NCBI GenBank assembly: GCA_944342015.1
Contig: CALVMC010000003.1
Span: forward strand, 5,842-69,841
Length of the DNA: 64,000 bases
Reading direction: 5' to 3'
Origin: an uncultured Clostridia bacterium
GTDB lineage: Bacteria; Bacillota; Clostridia; Christensenellales; CALVMC01
Shown here: piece by piece, positions 46,111 through 56,173 of the stretch
Position numbering within the stretch: the first letter of the stretch is position 1
How the letters are laid out: each line of letters opens with the position of its first letter
Notes under the pieces: model-generated
What the model was told of the DNA's origin: nothing
Databases searched by the model: none
The model's input: the letters and a program-made list of their open reading frames with translations, nothing else
Made by a program: the position numbers and the translations under genes

Positions 46111-48726
46111 TTATTTTCCCTCCTTCTTGCCGTAGTAGGCATTAAGATACATTTGTTTGATTTCGCTCATTAACGGATATCTCGGATTTGCGCCCGTGCA
46201 CTGATCGTCGAATGCGTCTTCAACCATCTGGTCGAGATTTTTAAGGAAGTCTTCTTCGTTTACGCCTGCGTCTTTAATTGTCATAGGCTGACCGACAGCC
46301 TTTTTGAGTTCGTCGATTTTAGAAATAAGTTTTTCAACTTTTTCTTTATCGTTCTTACCGGTGATACCTACGAATTCTGCTACATCTGCGTATCTTCTTA
46401 AAGCTTCGGGATATTTATACTGCGGGAAGGTACCCATTTTTACAGGAACTTCGCTGCTGTTGTATCTTATAACTTCGTTAATCATAAGAGCGTTAGCCAT
46501 ACCGTGCGGCAAGTGATGATAAGAACCGAGTTTGTGAGCCATAGAGTGACATACGCCGAGGAAAGCGTTAGCAAAAGCCATACCTGCCATACAAGAAGCG
46601 TTTGCCATTTTTTCTCTTGCTTCTGCGTCGTGGCAGCCTTTATCGTAAGCACGGGGCAGATATTCGAAAATTATCTTAGTTGCCTCTTTTGCTATACCGT
46701 TCGTAAAGTCGGTAGCGAGCATTGAAGCGATAGCTTCGAGAGCGTGAGTCAGAGCGTCGATACCGGAAGCGCTTGTGAGACCTTTCGGAATATTCATCAT
46801 AAGGTCTGCGTCAACGATAGCCATATCGGGCATAAGTTCGTAATCTGCAAGAGGATATTTTGTATGAGTTTTTTCATCGGTAATAACTGCAAAGGGAGTA
46901 ACTTCACTACCTGTACCTGCGGTTGTCGGAATAGCGACAAAGTAAGCCTTTTCGCCAAGGTGCGGATAGGTATATACCCTCTTTCTGATATCCATAAAGC
47001 GCATAGCGAGATCCTGGAAATCTACTTCGGGATGTTCGTACAAAGTCCACATAATTTTACCTGCGTCCATAGCTGAGCCGCCGCCGATAGCGATTATAAC
47101 ATCGGGTTTAAAATCGCTCATAGCCTTAGCGCCTTCCATAGCGCAAGCAAGCGTCGGGTCGGGAAGAACATTGAAGAAGGTGTAATGAACTATTCCCATT
47201 TCATCGAGTCTGTCGGTTATGGCTTTTGTAAAACCGCTCTGATAAAGGAATGTATCGGTAACGATAAAAGCCTTTTTCTTATTCATAACTTCTTTGAGTT
47301 CTCTTAAAGCGACTCCTAAGCAACCTTTTTTGAAATAAACTTTTTCAGGGGCTCTGAACCACAACATATTTTCTCTCCTTTCCGCAATCGTTTTGATATT
47401 TAAAAGATGTTTAACTCCGACGTTTTCGCTGACGCTGTTACCGCCCCATGAACCGCAACCTAATGTAAGAGACGGAGCGAGTTTAAAGTTATAAATGTCA
47501 CCGATACCGCCCTGCGAAGAAGGAGTATTGATAAGGCAACGGCAGGTTTTCATATGTTTTTCCCATTCTTCTATTTTTTCTTTACCTGTTTCGGTGTTCA
47601 CATATAAAACGGAAGTATGTCCGAAGCCGCCGTCTGCGATAAGTCTTTCTGCTTTTGCGATAGCGTCGTTAAAGTTATTTGCCTTGTACATTGCAAGCAC
47701 GGGGCTGAGTTTTTCGTGCGCAAATTCTTCGGAAAGATCCACGCTTTCGACTTCGCCGACAAGAATTTTACTGCCTGCGGGAGCTTCGAAACCTGAAAGC
47801 TGAGCGATAGTGCAAGCGGACTGACCGACTATTTTAGCATTAAGAGCGCCGTTTATAATAATTGTCTTTCTTACCTTTTCGGTCTCTTCGGGAGTCAAGA
47901 AGTAAGCGCCCATACTTTTGAGCTGAGATTTAAATTCGTTATATACATTTTTAAGAACGATAACCGACTGCTCGGAAGCGCAAATCATACCGTTATCGAA
48001 TGTTTTAGAGTGAAGTATCGAAGAAGCTGCGGTTTTGATATCTGCGCTGTCGTCTATTATAGCGGGGGTATTTCCGGAACCTACGCCGACGGCAGGTTTT
48101 CCGGAGCTGTATGCGGATTTAACCATTCCGGGGCCACCGGTAGCAAGAATCAAATCGGCTTCTTTCATAATCTGCGCCGAAAGAGCGATACTCGGTTCGT
48201 CGATCCACCCTATAATATCCTTAGGCGCACCCGCTTTAACTGCTGCGTCAAGAACTATTCTTGCCGCTTCTATCGTGCATTTTTTAGCTCTCGGGTGGGG
48301 GGAAAAGATAAGTCCGTTTCTTGTCTTCAAAGCAAGAAGAGCCTTGAAAATTGCAGTTGATGTCGGGTTGGTTGTCGGAACTACCGCTGCGATAACACCG
48401 ACAGGCTCTGCTATTTTGGTGATACCGAAACCTTCGTCTTTTTCGATAACGCCGCAGGTTTTGGTGTTTTTATATGCGTTGTAAATATATTCCGAAGCAT
48501 AGTGATTTTTAATAACCTTATCTTCGACAACGCCCATTCCCGTTTCGGCTACTGCCATTTTTGCAAGAGGAATTCTCATTTTGTTGGCTGCAAGAGAAGC
48601 TGCCAAAAATATTTTGTCAACCTGTTCCTGCGTGTAAGAAGCATAAATGCTCTGTGCTTTTTTAACCTTTGCCATAAGAACGGCTAAGGTTTCTTCATCT
48701 TTTACGATTAATTCTTCTTTTTCCAT
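46111..48726 (-). CDS. adhE: Bifunctional acetaldehyde-CoA/alcohol dehydrogenase
   Basis: 871 aa with an N-terminal ALDH domain and a C-terminal Fe-ADH domain (GGGSAMDAGK, His-rich metal site). Confidence 0.97.
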   Translation of the reverse strand: MEKEELIVKDEETLAVLMAKVKKAQSIYASYTQEQVDKIFLAASLAANKMRIPLAKMAVAETGMGVVEDKVIKNHYASEYIYNAYKNTKTCGVIEKDEGFGITKIAEPVGVIAAVVPTTNPTSTAIFKALLALKTRNGLIFSPHPRAKKCTIEAARIVLDAAVKAGAPKDIIGWIDEPSIALSAQIMKEADLILATGGPGMVKSAYSSGKPAVGVGSGNTPAIIDDSADIKTAASSILHSKTFDNGMICASEQSVIVLKNVYNEFKSQLKSMGAYFLTPEETEKVRKTIIINGALNAKIVGQSACTIAQLSGFEAPAGSKILVGEVESVDLSEEFAHEKLSPVLAMYKANNFNDAIAKAERLIADGGFGHTSVLYVNTETGKEKIEEWEKHMKTCRCLINTPSSQGGIGDIYNFKLAPSLTLGCGSWGGNSVSENVGVKHLLNIKTIAERRENMLWFRAPEKVYFKKGCLGVALRELKEVMNKKKAFIVTDTFLYQSGFTKAITDRLDEMGIVHYTFFNVLPDPTLACAMEGAKAMSDFKPDVIIAIGGGSAMDAGKIMWTLYEHPEVDFQDLAMRFMDIRKRVYTYPHLGEKAYFVAIPTTAGTGSEVTPFAVITDEKTHTKYPLADYELMPDMAIVDADLMMNIPKGLTSASGIDALTHALEAIASMLATDFTNGIAKEATKIIFEYLPRAYDKGCHDAEAREKMANASCMAGMAFANAFLGVCHSMAHKLGSYHHLPHGMANALMINEVIRYNSSEVPVKMGTFPQYKYPEALRRYADVAEFVGITGKNDKEKVEKLISKIDELKKAVGQPMTIKDAGVNEEDFLKNLDQMVEDAFDDQCTGANPRYPLMSEIKQMYLNAYYGKKEGK

Positions 48727-48739
48727 AAATTTCTCCTTC

Positions 48740-49408
48740 TTAATTTTCTTGCTTATTTAGTATAACTTTTAATTGTGACGAAAGTATTGCAAGCGACGCC
48801 GCAAGGTCTTCGTTCTTTAAAGCAACCTTATCGGGAACGATTAAATGAGTGGGGGCGAAATTCCAGATGGCTTTAATCCCCGCCTCAACCATTATGTCGC
48901 AAATATTCTGAGCGAACCTTTCGGGAACGGTTATGATACCCATTCTTATATTGTATTTTTTAATTATTTCCGAAAGTCGTTCGACAGGATAAACCGTTTT
49001 ATTTTTAATTTTTATGTTGCACTTTGCAGGATCGCTGTCGAAAGCGGCAACGATGTTAAGCCCGTAATTTTCGAAGCCTGTATATGAAAGAAGGGTTTTT
49101 CCGAGCTGACCTGCTCCTACAAGAACGGCGTCATTGACATTGCCGTATCCGAGCACCCTTTCTATGTCGGCAATAAGCCCGTCGACTTCGAAACCTATTC
49201 TCGGTTTTCCCTGCACCTTGCTCGATGAAGCTATATCCTTTTTAACCTGAATAGGACTGAGCTTCATATCGTCGGCTATGTTGACGGAAGAAATGATTTC
49301 CACTCCCTCTTTCTGTTTTTCTTTGAGATATCTTAAATAGTTAGGCAGTCTTCTCATAATTGCGGGAGAAATTTCGTTCTTTTTGAAATTTTTCAAATTC
49401 TCTTCCAC
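48740..49408 (-). CDS. rex: Redox-sensing transcriptional repressor Rex
   Basis: The N-terminal wHTH is ISPAIMRRLPNYLRYL and the Rossmann motif is LVGAGQLG. It lies 13 nt upstream of adhE. Confidence 0.9.
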   Translation of the reverse strand: MEENLKNFKKNEISPAIMRRLPNYLRYLKEKQKEGVEIISSVNIADDMKLSPIQVKKDIASSSKVQGKPRIGFEVDGLIADIERVLGYGNVNDAVLVGAGQLGKTLLSYTGFENYGLNIVAAFDSDPAKCNIKIKNKTVYPVERLSEIIKKYNIRMGIITVPERFAQNICDIMVEAGIKAIWNFAPTHLIVPDKVALKNEDLAASLAILSSQLKVILNKQEN

Positions 49409-49793
49409 TTTACTGCCTCCTGTAAATCAAATATCAAAATATCGATATTTATTTATCGATATTTATTATAGCGATATATTATATGTTCGTCAACTGTTTT
49501 AAGTCATATTTTAAATATTTTTAATTTTATTATTTTTACCGTAATTTTTTTAATTAAAATAACCGATACAAATATAGGTTCAAAATATTTAAGTTTCCTT
49601 TTCAATAATTTAATTAATTACTAAACTTTAATTTATCCTGTATAACAGTTAAAAAAACGATTGGATAAAGGTAATTTTATTTCGGAATATATTATGGAAT
49701 ATATTAATTTAAGTTTTATATATAATATAATTATAACTTTAAATATTGCCAAAATACCGTTTTGCGTGATATAATGATCAAGAGGTGAAAATT

Positions 49794-50228
49794 ATGTGGA
49801 TTTGGATTTGGCTTGGAATTGCCTGTGCCAGCCTGATTATAGAACTTGTTACCCTGCAAATGGTAACCATATGGTTTGTTCCGAGTGCTATAATTGCGCT
49901 GATACTTGCAGCCTGCAATGTAATGGTGGAAATACAGGTAATAGTATTTATAGTACTTTCTCTTGTACTGATATTGAGTTTGAGAAAAATTTCCTTAAAA
50001 TTTCTTCTTAAAACAAAAGCGAAAACAAACAGCGAAGCCCTTATCGGAAAAAAGACAAAACTTTTGTCCCCTATCAAAGACGGAGAAGGCGGAACGATAA
50101 AAGTGAACGGAATTATCTGGACAGCGATAGGCGAAAACGAAACAATAGCGATAGAAGCCGATAAAACGGTGGAAATACTTTCCATCGACGGAAATAAATT
50201 AATAGTTAAGGAGTGTAACGACAAATGA
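49794..50228 (+). CDS. NfeD-family membrane protein
   Basis: N-terminal TM helices plus a C-terminal OB-like domain (GGTIKVNGIIWTA). It overlaps the downstream SPFH gene. An extended -10 TGATATAAT lies at 49766-49774. Confidence 0.8.
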   Translation: MWIWIWLGIACASLIIELVTLQMVTIWFVPSAIIALILAACNVMVEIQVIVFIVLSLVLILSLRKISLKFLLKTKAKTNSEALIGKKTKLLSPIKDGEGGTIKVNGIIWTAIGENETIAIEADKTVEILSIDGNKLIVKECNDK

Positions 50229-51175
50229 ACGGATGGCAAATATTTTTGACCGTAATATGCTGTCTTGCAGCGGTTGTATTTTTAGTACTGATACTTTCCG
50301 TAAAAATAGTTAAGCAATCAACGGCAATAGTGGTTGAAAGACTCGGTAAATATCATAAAACCTTTGACACGGGACTGCATTTAATGTTGCCGTTTTTCGA
50401 CAGAATGGCAGGAAAGCCTATAAGTCTTAAAGAAAGAGTTGCGGATTTTCAGCCGCAACCCGTAATCACGAAAGACAATGTAACAATGCATATAGACACG
50501 GTAGTTTATTTTCAGGTAACAGACCCTAAACTTTATACATACGGAGTGGACAGACCGCTCAGTGCAATCGAAAATCTTACGGCTACAACTTTAAGGAACA
50601 TAGTCGGCGAAATGGAACTTGACGAAACTCTGACATCGAGAGATACCGTGAACTCAAAAATGCGCATAATTCTCGACGAAGCGACAGATCCATGGGGAAT
50701 AAAAATCAACCGTGTAGAGCTTAAAAACATTTTGCCCCCGAAAGATATTCAGGACGCAATGGAAAAGCAGATGAGAGCAGAGCGCGAAAGAAGAGAAGCT
50801 ATTCTTATCGCCGAGGGTGAAAAGAAGAGTAACATACTTGTTGCCGAAGGCGAAAAGCAAGCTGCAATACTCAGAGCGGAAGCAAGGAAAATGGCGCTTA
50901 TAGCAGAGGCCGAAGGTAGAGCAACTGCAATCAAAAAGATAAACGACGCAAAACCCGACGCAGCATACCTTACCCTGCAAGGATTCGAAGCGTTGAAGTA
51001 TTTAGCAGACGGAAAAAGCACTAAAATAATTGTTCCGTCGAATATACAGAATGTAGCGTCACTCTTTACGAGTATCGCAGAAACTCTGACGCCGGTTAAG
51101 GAAGAAGAAAGCAGCAAGGAAGAAAAAATTCCCGAAAACAAACCTGCGGAAAATTTCACTGAAAAATATCTGTGA
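50225..51175 (+). CDS. SPFH/band-7 (stomatin-like) protein
   Basis: There is an N-terminal TM segment, an SPFH core (VVERLGKYHKT...), and a coiled-coil EAE-rich region. Confidence 0.92.
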   Translation: MNGWQIFLTVICCLAAVVFLVLILSVKIVKQSTAIVVERLGKYHKTFDTGLHLMLPFFDRMAGKPISLKERVADFQPQPVITKDNVTMHIDTVVYFQVTDPKLYTYGVDRPLSAIENLTATTLRNIVGEMELDETLTSRDTVNSKMRIILDEATDPWGIKINRVELKNILPPKDIQDAMEKQMRAERERREAILIAEGEKKSNILVAEGEKQAAILRAEARKMALIAEAEGRATAIKKINDAKPDAAYLTLQGFEALKYLADGKSTKIIVPSNIQNVASLFTSIAETLTPVKEEESSKEEKIPENKPAENFTEKYL

Positions 51176-51198
51176 TTGAAATCGAAATTCAATAATTA

Positions 51199-51229
51199 AC
51201 AAAAGGACGGTAAACCGTCCTTTTGTTTT
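51199..51229. terminator. Bidirectional intrinsic terminator
   Basis: AAAAGGACGG (51201-51210), loop TAAA, CCGTCCTTTT (51215-51224). It is flanked by A- and T-runs between convergent genes. Confidence 0.75.
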
Positions 51230-51325
51230 ATATAAATGTTTTTATGTTTTCCAATTTAATGTTTAAGGAAATTAAATTGTATTAAAATTTAACTCAATAC
51301 ATATTTATTCAATTAATAAATTTTT

Positions 51326-52876
51326 TTAACGAATTATATTTGACGGCAGTTTTATTTTTAATTTAGAAGAAATTTTCTCGGAAGAACTGTTTTCTTCCCT
51401 TTCCTTTTTCTTCATAAGCATAAATCTTATGCGGTATGAAATATCCTTATAAATCTGATTAAGTCCGATAAATGCGACAAGAAATTCAAGTCTTCCGAGA
51501 AGCATCATAACAGAGCCGAGCCACAAAATAAAGGGGTGCACGGAAGGCGTTATAATGCCTATCGATATACCTACGTTTCCGAGTAGACTTGCCGACTCGA
51601 AGAGAGAAGACCTTAAATCGTACCCGAAAGCCGAAATAATGAGCGCCCCTAAAAATACTACAAACAGATATAAAAGAATAAAGGTATTGTTCCATGAAAT
51701 ATTTTTATCGGTAAGATAATATTTTCCGGAATAGGTATTTATATAATAATTTTCCACCTGTCTTTCAGGTTTAAAGTGTTTGGTTATCTGCCAATAGAAA
51801 GATTTCAGGGCAATTACTATTCTTACATGCTTGACTCCGCCCGCAGTAGAACCGGTGTGTCCGCCTATAATCATAAGCGCAATTATGATATAAATGGCAA
51901 AAGCCGGCCAATTCGAATAAGAAGTCATTGTAAAGCCGGTAGTCGAGAAAGCGGAAACAAGTTCGAAAATCGCAACTCTCGAAGCATACCCTGCGTCCCC
52001 GTAAACCGAAAGAAGTCCGCCGTACGCAAGCAGCGGAAAGGATATTAAAATCAAAAGAGGTAAAAACTTAAACTCGCTTGTACTGAGGAATCTTCTGAAC
52101 TTACCCGTAAACAATAAAAATTGAAGGGCAAAATTAATTGAGCCCGCAATCATAAGGACAATCAAAACCCCCTCTATTGCAGGATTATTATAGTAGCCTA
52201 TGCTGTTGTTTTTCGTTGAAAACCCGCCTGTTGCAAGAGCCGCCATAGTATGGTTTACCGCATCGAAGAAAGACATACCGCTTATCCACAGAGCAATCGA
52301 CCCTATCACAAGATAAGATATATAAATTATCAAAATACTTTTGATGGTTTTTTTAATGTTAGGTAAAATTTTGTCGGTATGAAGTTCTGCGTTATATAAA
52401 GAAGTAGAAGAGCTTGGCGGAAGAATAAACAGCAAAATAAGCACGATACCGATACCGCCTACATACTGAATGAAACTTCTGTAAAAGAGAAGAGAGTTAG
52501 GAGTACTTTCCGCATTTATAACCGTAAATCCGGTGGTAGTCCATGCGCTTGTAGATTCGAAAACAGCCTGCGAAAAATCCAGTCCGCCGTCAGCCATAAA
52601 AGGCGGCACGCATAAAAAAACTGCAAAAATCCACATTAAAAACACGACGAGGGCGCTGTCGCCTTTTGAAAATTTTACCCCTCTGTATTTTTTAGTGGGA
52701 ATATAAAAAGCCGTTCCCAAAGCGGCAAGCACTACGGCTGTAATTCCAAACGACAAAGCCGTTCCCTTTTCAAGATAAGAAAGAACTACAATCAGCGGTA
52801 TAAATGTAACCGCAGCAAGAAGCATAAGAAGGCTTCCAAATATATTTACCATTTTAAGGTATTTACTCAGCACCAC
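51326..52876 (-). CDS. trkH: TrkH/KtrB-family potassium transporter membrane subunit
   Basis: 516 aa, polytopic, with repeated selectivity-filter-like motifs (TTGF, TGGF, TTGF, GNVG). Confidence 0.88.
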   Translation of the reverse strand: MVLSKYLKMVNIFGSLLMLLAAVTFIPLIVVLSYLEKGTALSFGITAVVLAALGTAFYIPTKKYRGVKFSKGDSALVVFLMWIFAVFLCVPPFMADGGLDFSQAVFESTSAWTTTGFTVINAESTPNSLLFYRSFIQYVGGIGIVLILLFILPPSSSTSLYNAELHTDKILPNIKKTIKSILIIYISYLVIGSIALWISGMSFFDAVNHTMAALATGGFSTKNNSIGYYNNPAIEGVLIVLMIAGSINFALQFLLFTGKFRRFLSTSEFKFLPLLILISFPLLAYGGLLSVYGDAGYASRVAIFELVSAFSTTGFTMTSYSNWPAFAIYIIIALMIIGGHTGSTAGGVKHVRIVIALKSFYWQITKHFKPERQVENYYINTYSGKYYLTDKNISWNNTFILLYLFVVFLGALIISAFGYDLRSSLFESASLLGNVGISIGIITPSVHPFILWLGSVMMLLGRLEFLVAFIGLNQIYKDISYRIRFMLMKKKEREENSSSEKISSKLKIKLPSNIIR

Positions 52877-53522
52877 GCACCGCCTTTACTACCTTTTGAC
52901 TTATTTCAGGAAGACTTATGATAACGAGTTTATCTTTTTCAAGAAGAACGGTACCCCCTCTCGGGATAACCGCATTTCCGTTTCTTATGATACAGCTTAC
53001 GCTGCAATCTTCGGGTAGTTTTGCCTCTACTAAGGTTTTATTGACTATCGGACTTTCGTTATCGAGTTCTATTTCCATAATGATAGCCTTTCCTTCGTCG
53101 ATTGAAACAAGTTCTTCTATTCTGCTTGTGTAAGCATTTTTTTCTATTATAGTGGAAATAAGACCGGTAACGCTTATCGGAGTATCTATACCGAGCTTTT
53201 TAAATGCTAATTTGTTACATTCGTTGTTGACAACGCTTATGGTTCTTTTGACGCCCAATTCTTTTGCAAGGCGGCAAATGCAAATATTATCCGCATCGCT
53301 CGGACAAAGCGCAATAAGTATATCGTAAAATTCCGGCTCGATACTGCTGAAAACATTTGGCTTTGAAGCATCGCCGCAAATAACTTTTATTTCAAATTCC
53401 TGTTCAATGAGGCGGCAGTATTTTATATCTTTATTTATAAAAACGACTTTGTTTTTGTTTTTTGCAAAAGTTTTTATAAGATAGCGGGCTTTTTTTACTC
53501 CCCCGACGATTATGATATTCAC
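52863..53522 (-). CDS. trkA: TrkA/KtrA regulatory subunit (RCK N and C domains)
   Basis: The Rossmann motif is IIIVGG and a C-terminal TrkA_C-like domain is present. It overlaps trkH. Confidence 0.85.
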   Translation of the reverse strand: MNIIIVGGVKKARYLIKTFAKNKNKVVFINKDIKYCRLIEQEFEIKVICGDASKPNVFSSIEPEFYDILIALCPSDADNICICRLAKELGVKRTISVVNNECNKLAFKKLGIDTPISVTGLISTIIEKNAYTSRIEELVSIDEGKAIIMEIELDNESPIVNKTLVEAKLPEDCSVSCIIRNGNAVIPRGGTVLLEKDKLVIISLPEISQKVVKAVRGAE

Positions 53523-53555
53523 TTTGAACTCCTTTTTTAAAGAAATTAAGATTTA

Positions 53556-53987
53556 TTAATCTTCGTTTTCCACACCGATCTGCCCCAGGCAAGAGTGGAA
53601 AGCTTCTATCGAAAGCATAGACGGAAAAACCGTTATAATATCGTATCCGTTAAGAGCAGCGGTTCTGCTCTCTTCGTAAAGTTTTGCAACAACTCTGTTT
53701 ACGTTGAATACCGATTTTGCGACAAGCGCCGTGAAAATATTGACATTGTCGTTATTCGTAACGCAGAGCACTACGTCGCATTTTTCAATTCCCGCAGCAA
53801 CAAGGGTATCCAAACTGGTTGCGTCGCCAAGGTGGGTAAAGCCGGAAAACTCCATTTCGATATCGCTTAACGCATTTTCATCGTAATCGACAATAGTAAC
53901 GTCGTTATCGCCCTGCGAAAGTTTTTTTGCAAGCATGGAACCGAGTCTTCCGCTGCCTATTATCATAATATTTTTTTTGTCTTTCAT
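53556..53987 (-). CDS. TrkA-N (RCK N-domain only) protein
   Basis: 143 aa with the IMIIGSGRLGS NAD-binding motif. Confidence 0.75.
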   Translation of the reverse strand: MKDKKNIMIIGSGRLGSMLAKKLSQGDNDVTIVDYDENALSDIEMEFSGFTHLGDATSLDTLVAAGIEKCDVVLCVTNNDNVNIFTALVAKSVFNVNRVVAKLYEESRTAALNGYDIITVFPSMLSIEAFHSCLGQIGVENED

Positions 53988-54110
53988 AATACCTTAGGAT
54001 ATAACTCCTTTTAATTTATGATTGAATATTGTAACATATATATCTATTTTAATCAAGCGCAAATATTTTATATATGGAAATGTCTTTTTAATCTCGATTC
54101 CGATTAAAAA

Positions 54111-55496
54111 TCATAATCGGACGGCAGGGCTTGAAATTAAATTCTCACTTAATAAAGAGTTGGAGCTTACAGAAGACTTTTCCGCCGAAATCATAGTCAT
54201 AACAAAAATCATAAGATACTGCGGCGCAAAGAAAGTTATATCGAGCATACCGTAAAGTTCTCCTAAAAGCGCAGAGAACAAACAGAATGCGCAGAAAACA
54301 TTTTTTCTTTTACTTACAAGTATTTTATATTTTACCGCAGTGTGATAAAGCAAAAGAGCAAATCCGAAAATACCGCCCGCCGCCATAAACTGCAATACGG
54401 TATTATGGAAAAGTATCATAATAAAGCCGGTTTCGTCTTCGGCGGAAAAGAATCCGCCGCCCATTAAAGGAAATCTGTAAAACAGATTGAGCGCTTCTCT
54501 GTAAAGTTCGAGTCTGCCTCTGTCATTAAGCCCTACATAGTTAAAGAAACTCAATACGGATTTGGTCTGTTCTTTAAACACAAGCAAAAGAATAATTAAT
54601 ATTAAAAGAACGGAAACAAATGTTGCCGTTGCCGCTATTTTGTTCTTACATTTAAATACCGAATAAACGAACAGCGGAATTATTACGATAGCCATTGAAA
54701 GAAGAGCCCCTCTTGAAAAGGTAAAAAGAAGCGTTATTAAAAAGAAGAAGGAAAGTATTATGGAAAATGTCTGCGAAATTATCGATTTTTTCATAAAGTA
54801 AAGGCAGAAAGGAAGAGTCATTATAATTACGCTTGCCATTGCGTTCGACACGCCCCACCCTGCCGTCAAGGTTTTGTTCTGCAAACTGAAAAGAATATCG
54901 TCGCTCATAAGATAATACGAAAGAACCTGAAAACATACCACCGTTCCAGCAACGACCATGGTAAAAGCAAAGTAATCGTCTATCGGTTTGTTGACGCAGG
55001 AACTTACGAAATAATACAATAAAAATACTACAAGCGAAGCGCCCAGTATCATAAAGTAAACGGTATATTTAAAAGACTCGAAATTTCCTGTTCCGCAAAG
55101 AGCGGCAACTGCCACTATCGCAAGGAAAGGATAAAACATTTTTCCGTTTATTTTTTTAAGATTATGAATATTCTTATAAATAAAATACCCTAACGAAAGC
55201 AAAAAAGGAACAGTCATTACTCCGAGAAAAATATATATATCGCCCATTAAAATGCTTCCCGAATAGCCGAAAAGCCCCATGACAAAAGGCGGAATAATTC
55301 CCGTAATATCTTTCTGAGTTAAAAGAGCGATGATGACAAGGGCAAAGAGCAGATAAAAATTAACGACGCTTACTTTGAAAATCCAGCATAAAAAGACGAT
55401 AAATCCGACTGTTGCGATATAATAATAAGAAGAAAAAAATTTATCTAAAAATTCCTTTACGGGAATAATTTTTTTTAAAACACCGTTTATCTGCAT
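54111..55496 (-). CDS. O-antigen ligase/polymerase (Wzy_C) family membrane protein
   Basis: 461 aa with ~11 TM segments and the FSRGALLSMAI motif typical of Wzy_C proteins. Confidence 0.7.
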   Translation of the reverse strand: MQINGVLKKIIPVKEFLDKFFSSYYYIATVGFIVFLCWIFKVSVVNFYLLFALVIIALLTQKDITGIIPPFVMGLFGYSGSILMGDIYIFLGVMTVPFLLSLGYFIYKNIHNLKKINGKMFYPFLAIVAVAALCGTGNFESFKYTVYFMILGASLVVFLLYYFVSSCVNKPIDDYFAFTMVVAGTVVCFQVLSYYLMSDDILFSLQNKTLTAGWGVSNAMASVIIMTLPFCLYFMKKSIISQTFSIILSFFFLITLLFTFSRGALLSMAIVIIPLFVYSVFKCKNKIAATATFVSVLLILIILLLVFKEQTKSVLSFFNYVGLNDRGRLELYREALNLFYRFPLMGGGFFSAEDETGFIMILFHNTVLQFMAAGGIFGFALLLYHTAVKYKILVSKRKNVFCAFCLFSALLGELYGMLDITFFAPQYLMIFVMTMISAEKSSVSSNSLLSENLISSPAVRL

Positions 55497-55652
55497 TTTT
55501 TAATTTTAATATGTTTATCGATAAAAGTCAATTTTTAATATAAAATATGTTTTTTATATTATAATGATATACAAGTTAGGGTAAAAAAATAAAAAAATTC
55601 AAAAAAAGGATAAATACTTTAAATTAATACAAACTAAAATCGGAGGATAAAA

Positions 55653-56015
55653 ATGAAAGTAATTGCAAACATAATCTGGCTTATTTTCGGCGGACTTGTA
55701 ATGAGTATATTATGGTTTATAGTAGGCGCACTTTTTTGTATAACTATAATAGGTTATCCGCTGGGAATACAATTTTTCAAAATAGCAACATTGTATCTTG
55801 CGCCGTTCGGAAAGAAGATAAAAATCAACTTTGAAAGTCATCCTATACTAAACGTAATATGGGCGGTGCTTTTAGGTTGGGAAATGGCAATAGCTATACT
55901 TGTATCGGGACTGGTACTTCTTATAAGCATAATAGGAATACCTTTTGCAATGCAAACGCCGAAGATAGCAAAACTTACTTTGCTTCCGTTCGGAGCGGAA
56001 ATAGAAAAATCTTAA
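55653..56015 (+). CDS. yccF: YccF-family (DUF307) membrane protein
   Basis: 120 aa with two repeats of the IIG(Y/I)P(L/F) motif. Confidence 0.85.
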   Translation: MKVIANIIWLIFGGLVMSILWFIVGALFCITIIGYPLGIQFFKIATLYLAPFGKKIKINFESHPILNVIWAVLLGWEMAIAILVSGLVLLISIIGIPFAMQTPKIAKLTLLPFGAEIEKS

Positions 56016-56032
56016 ACGATAATCGAGTCAAT

Positions 56033-56065
56033 AAAAAACAGCTTGTAAATAGAGCTGTTTTTTAT
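56033..56065. terminator. Bidirectional intrinsic terminator
   Basis: AAAAAACAGCT (56033-56043) / AGCTGTTTTTT (56053-56063). Confidence 0.75.
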
Positions 56066-56173
56066 TGATTATATTGTATATTCAGACTTTTTAATAAGCT
56101 ATGAAATATCAAATAATTTTTTAAAATCAATACTTTACATTTTTAAAATCATAACTTTAAACTCAATAATAAA

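Noticed and set aside
49409-49784. Searched for a canonical Rex operator (TTGTGAA-N4-TTCACAA) upstream of rex, and also at 45230-45359.
   Set aside because: None was recognisable by eye, so no Rex box is annotated. A matrix scan would be needed.
53988-54110. Looked for riboswitches: c-di-AMP upstream of trk, TPP upstream of thiN (40036-40106), and others in longer leaders.
   Set aside because: The leaders are short and AT-rich, with no recognisable conserved riboswitch cores.
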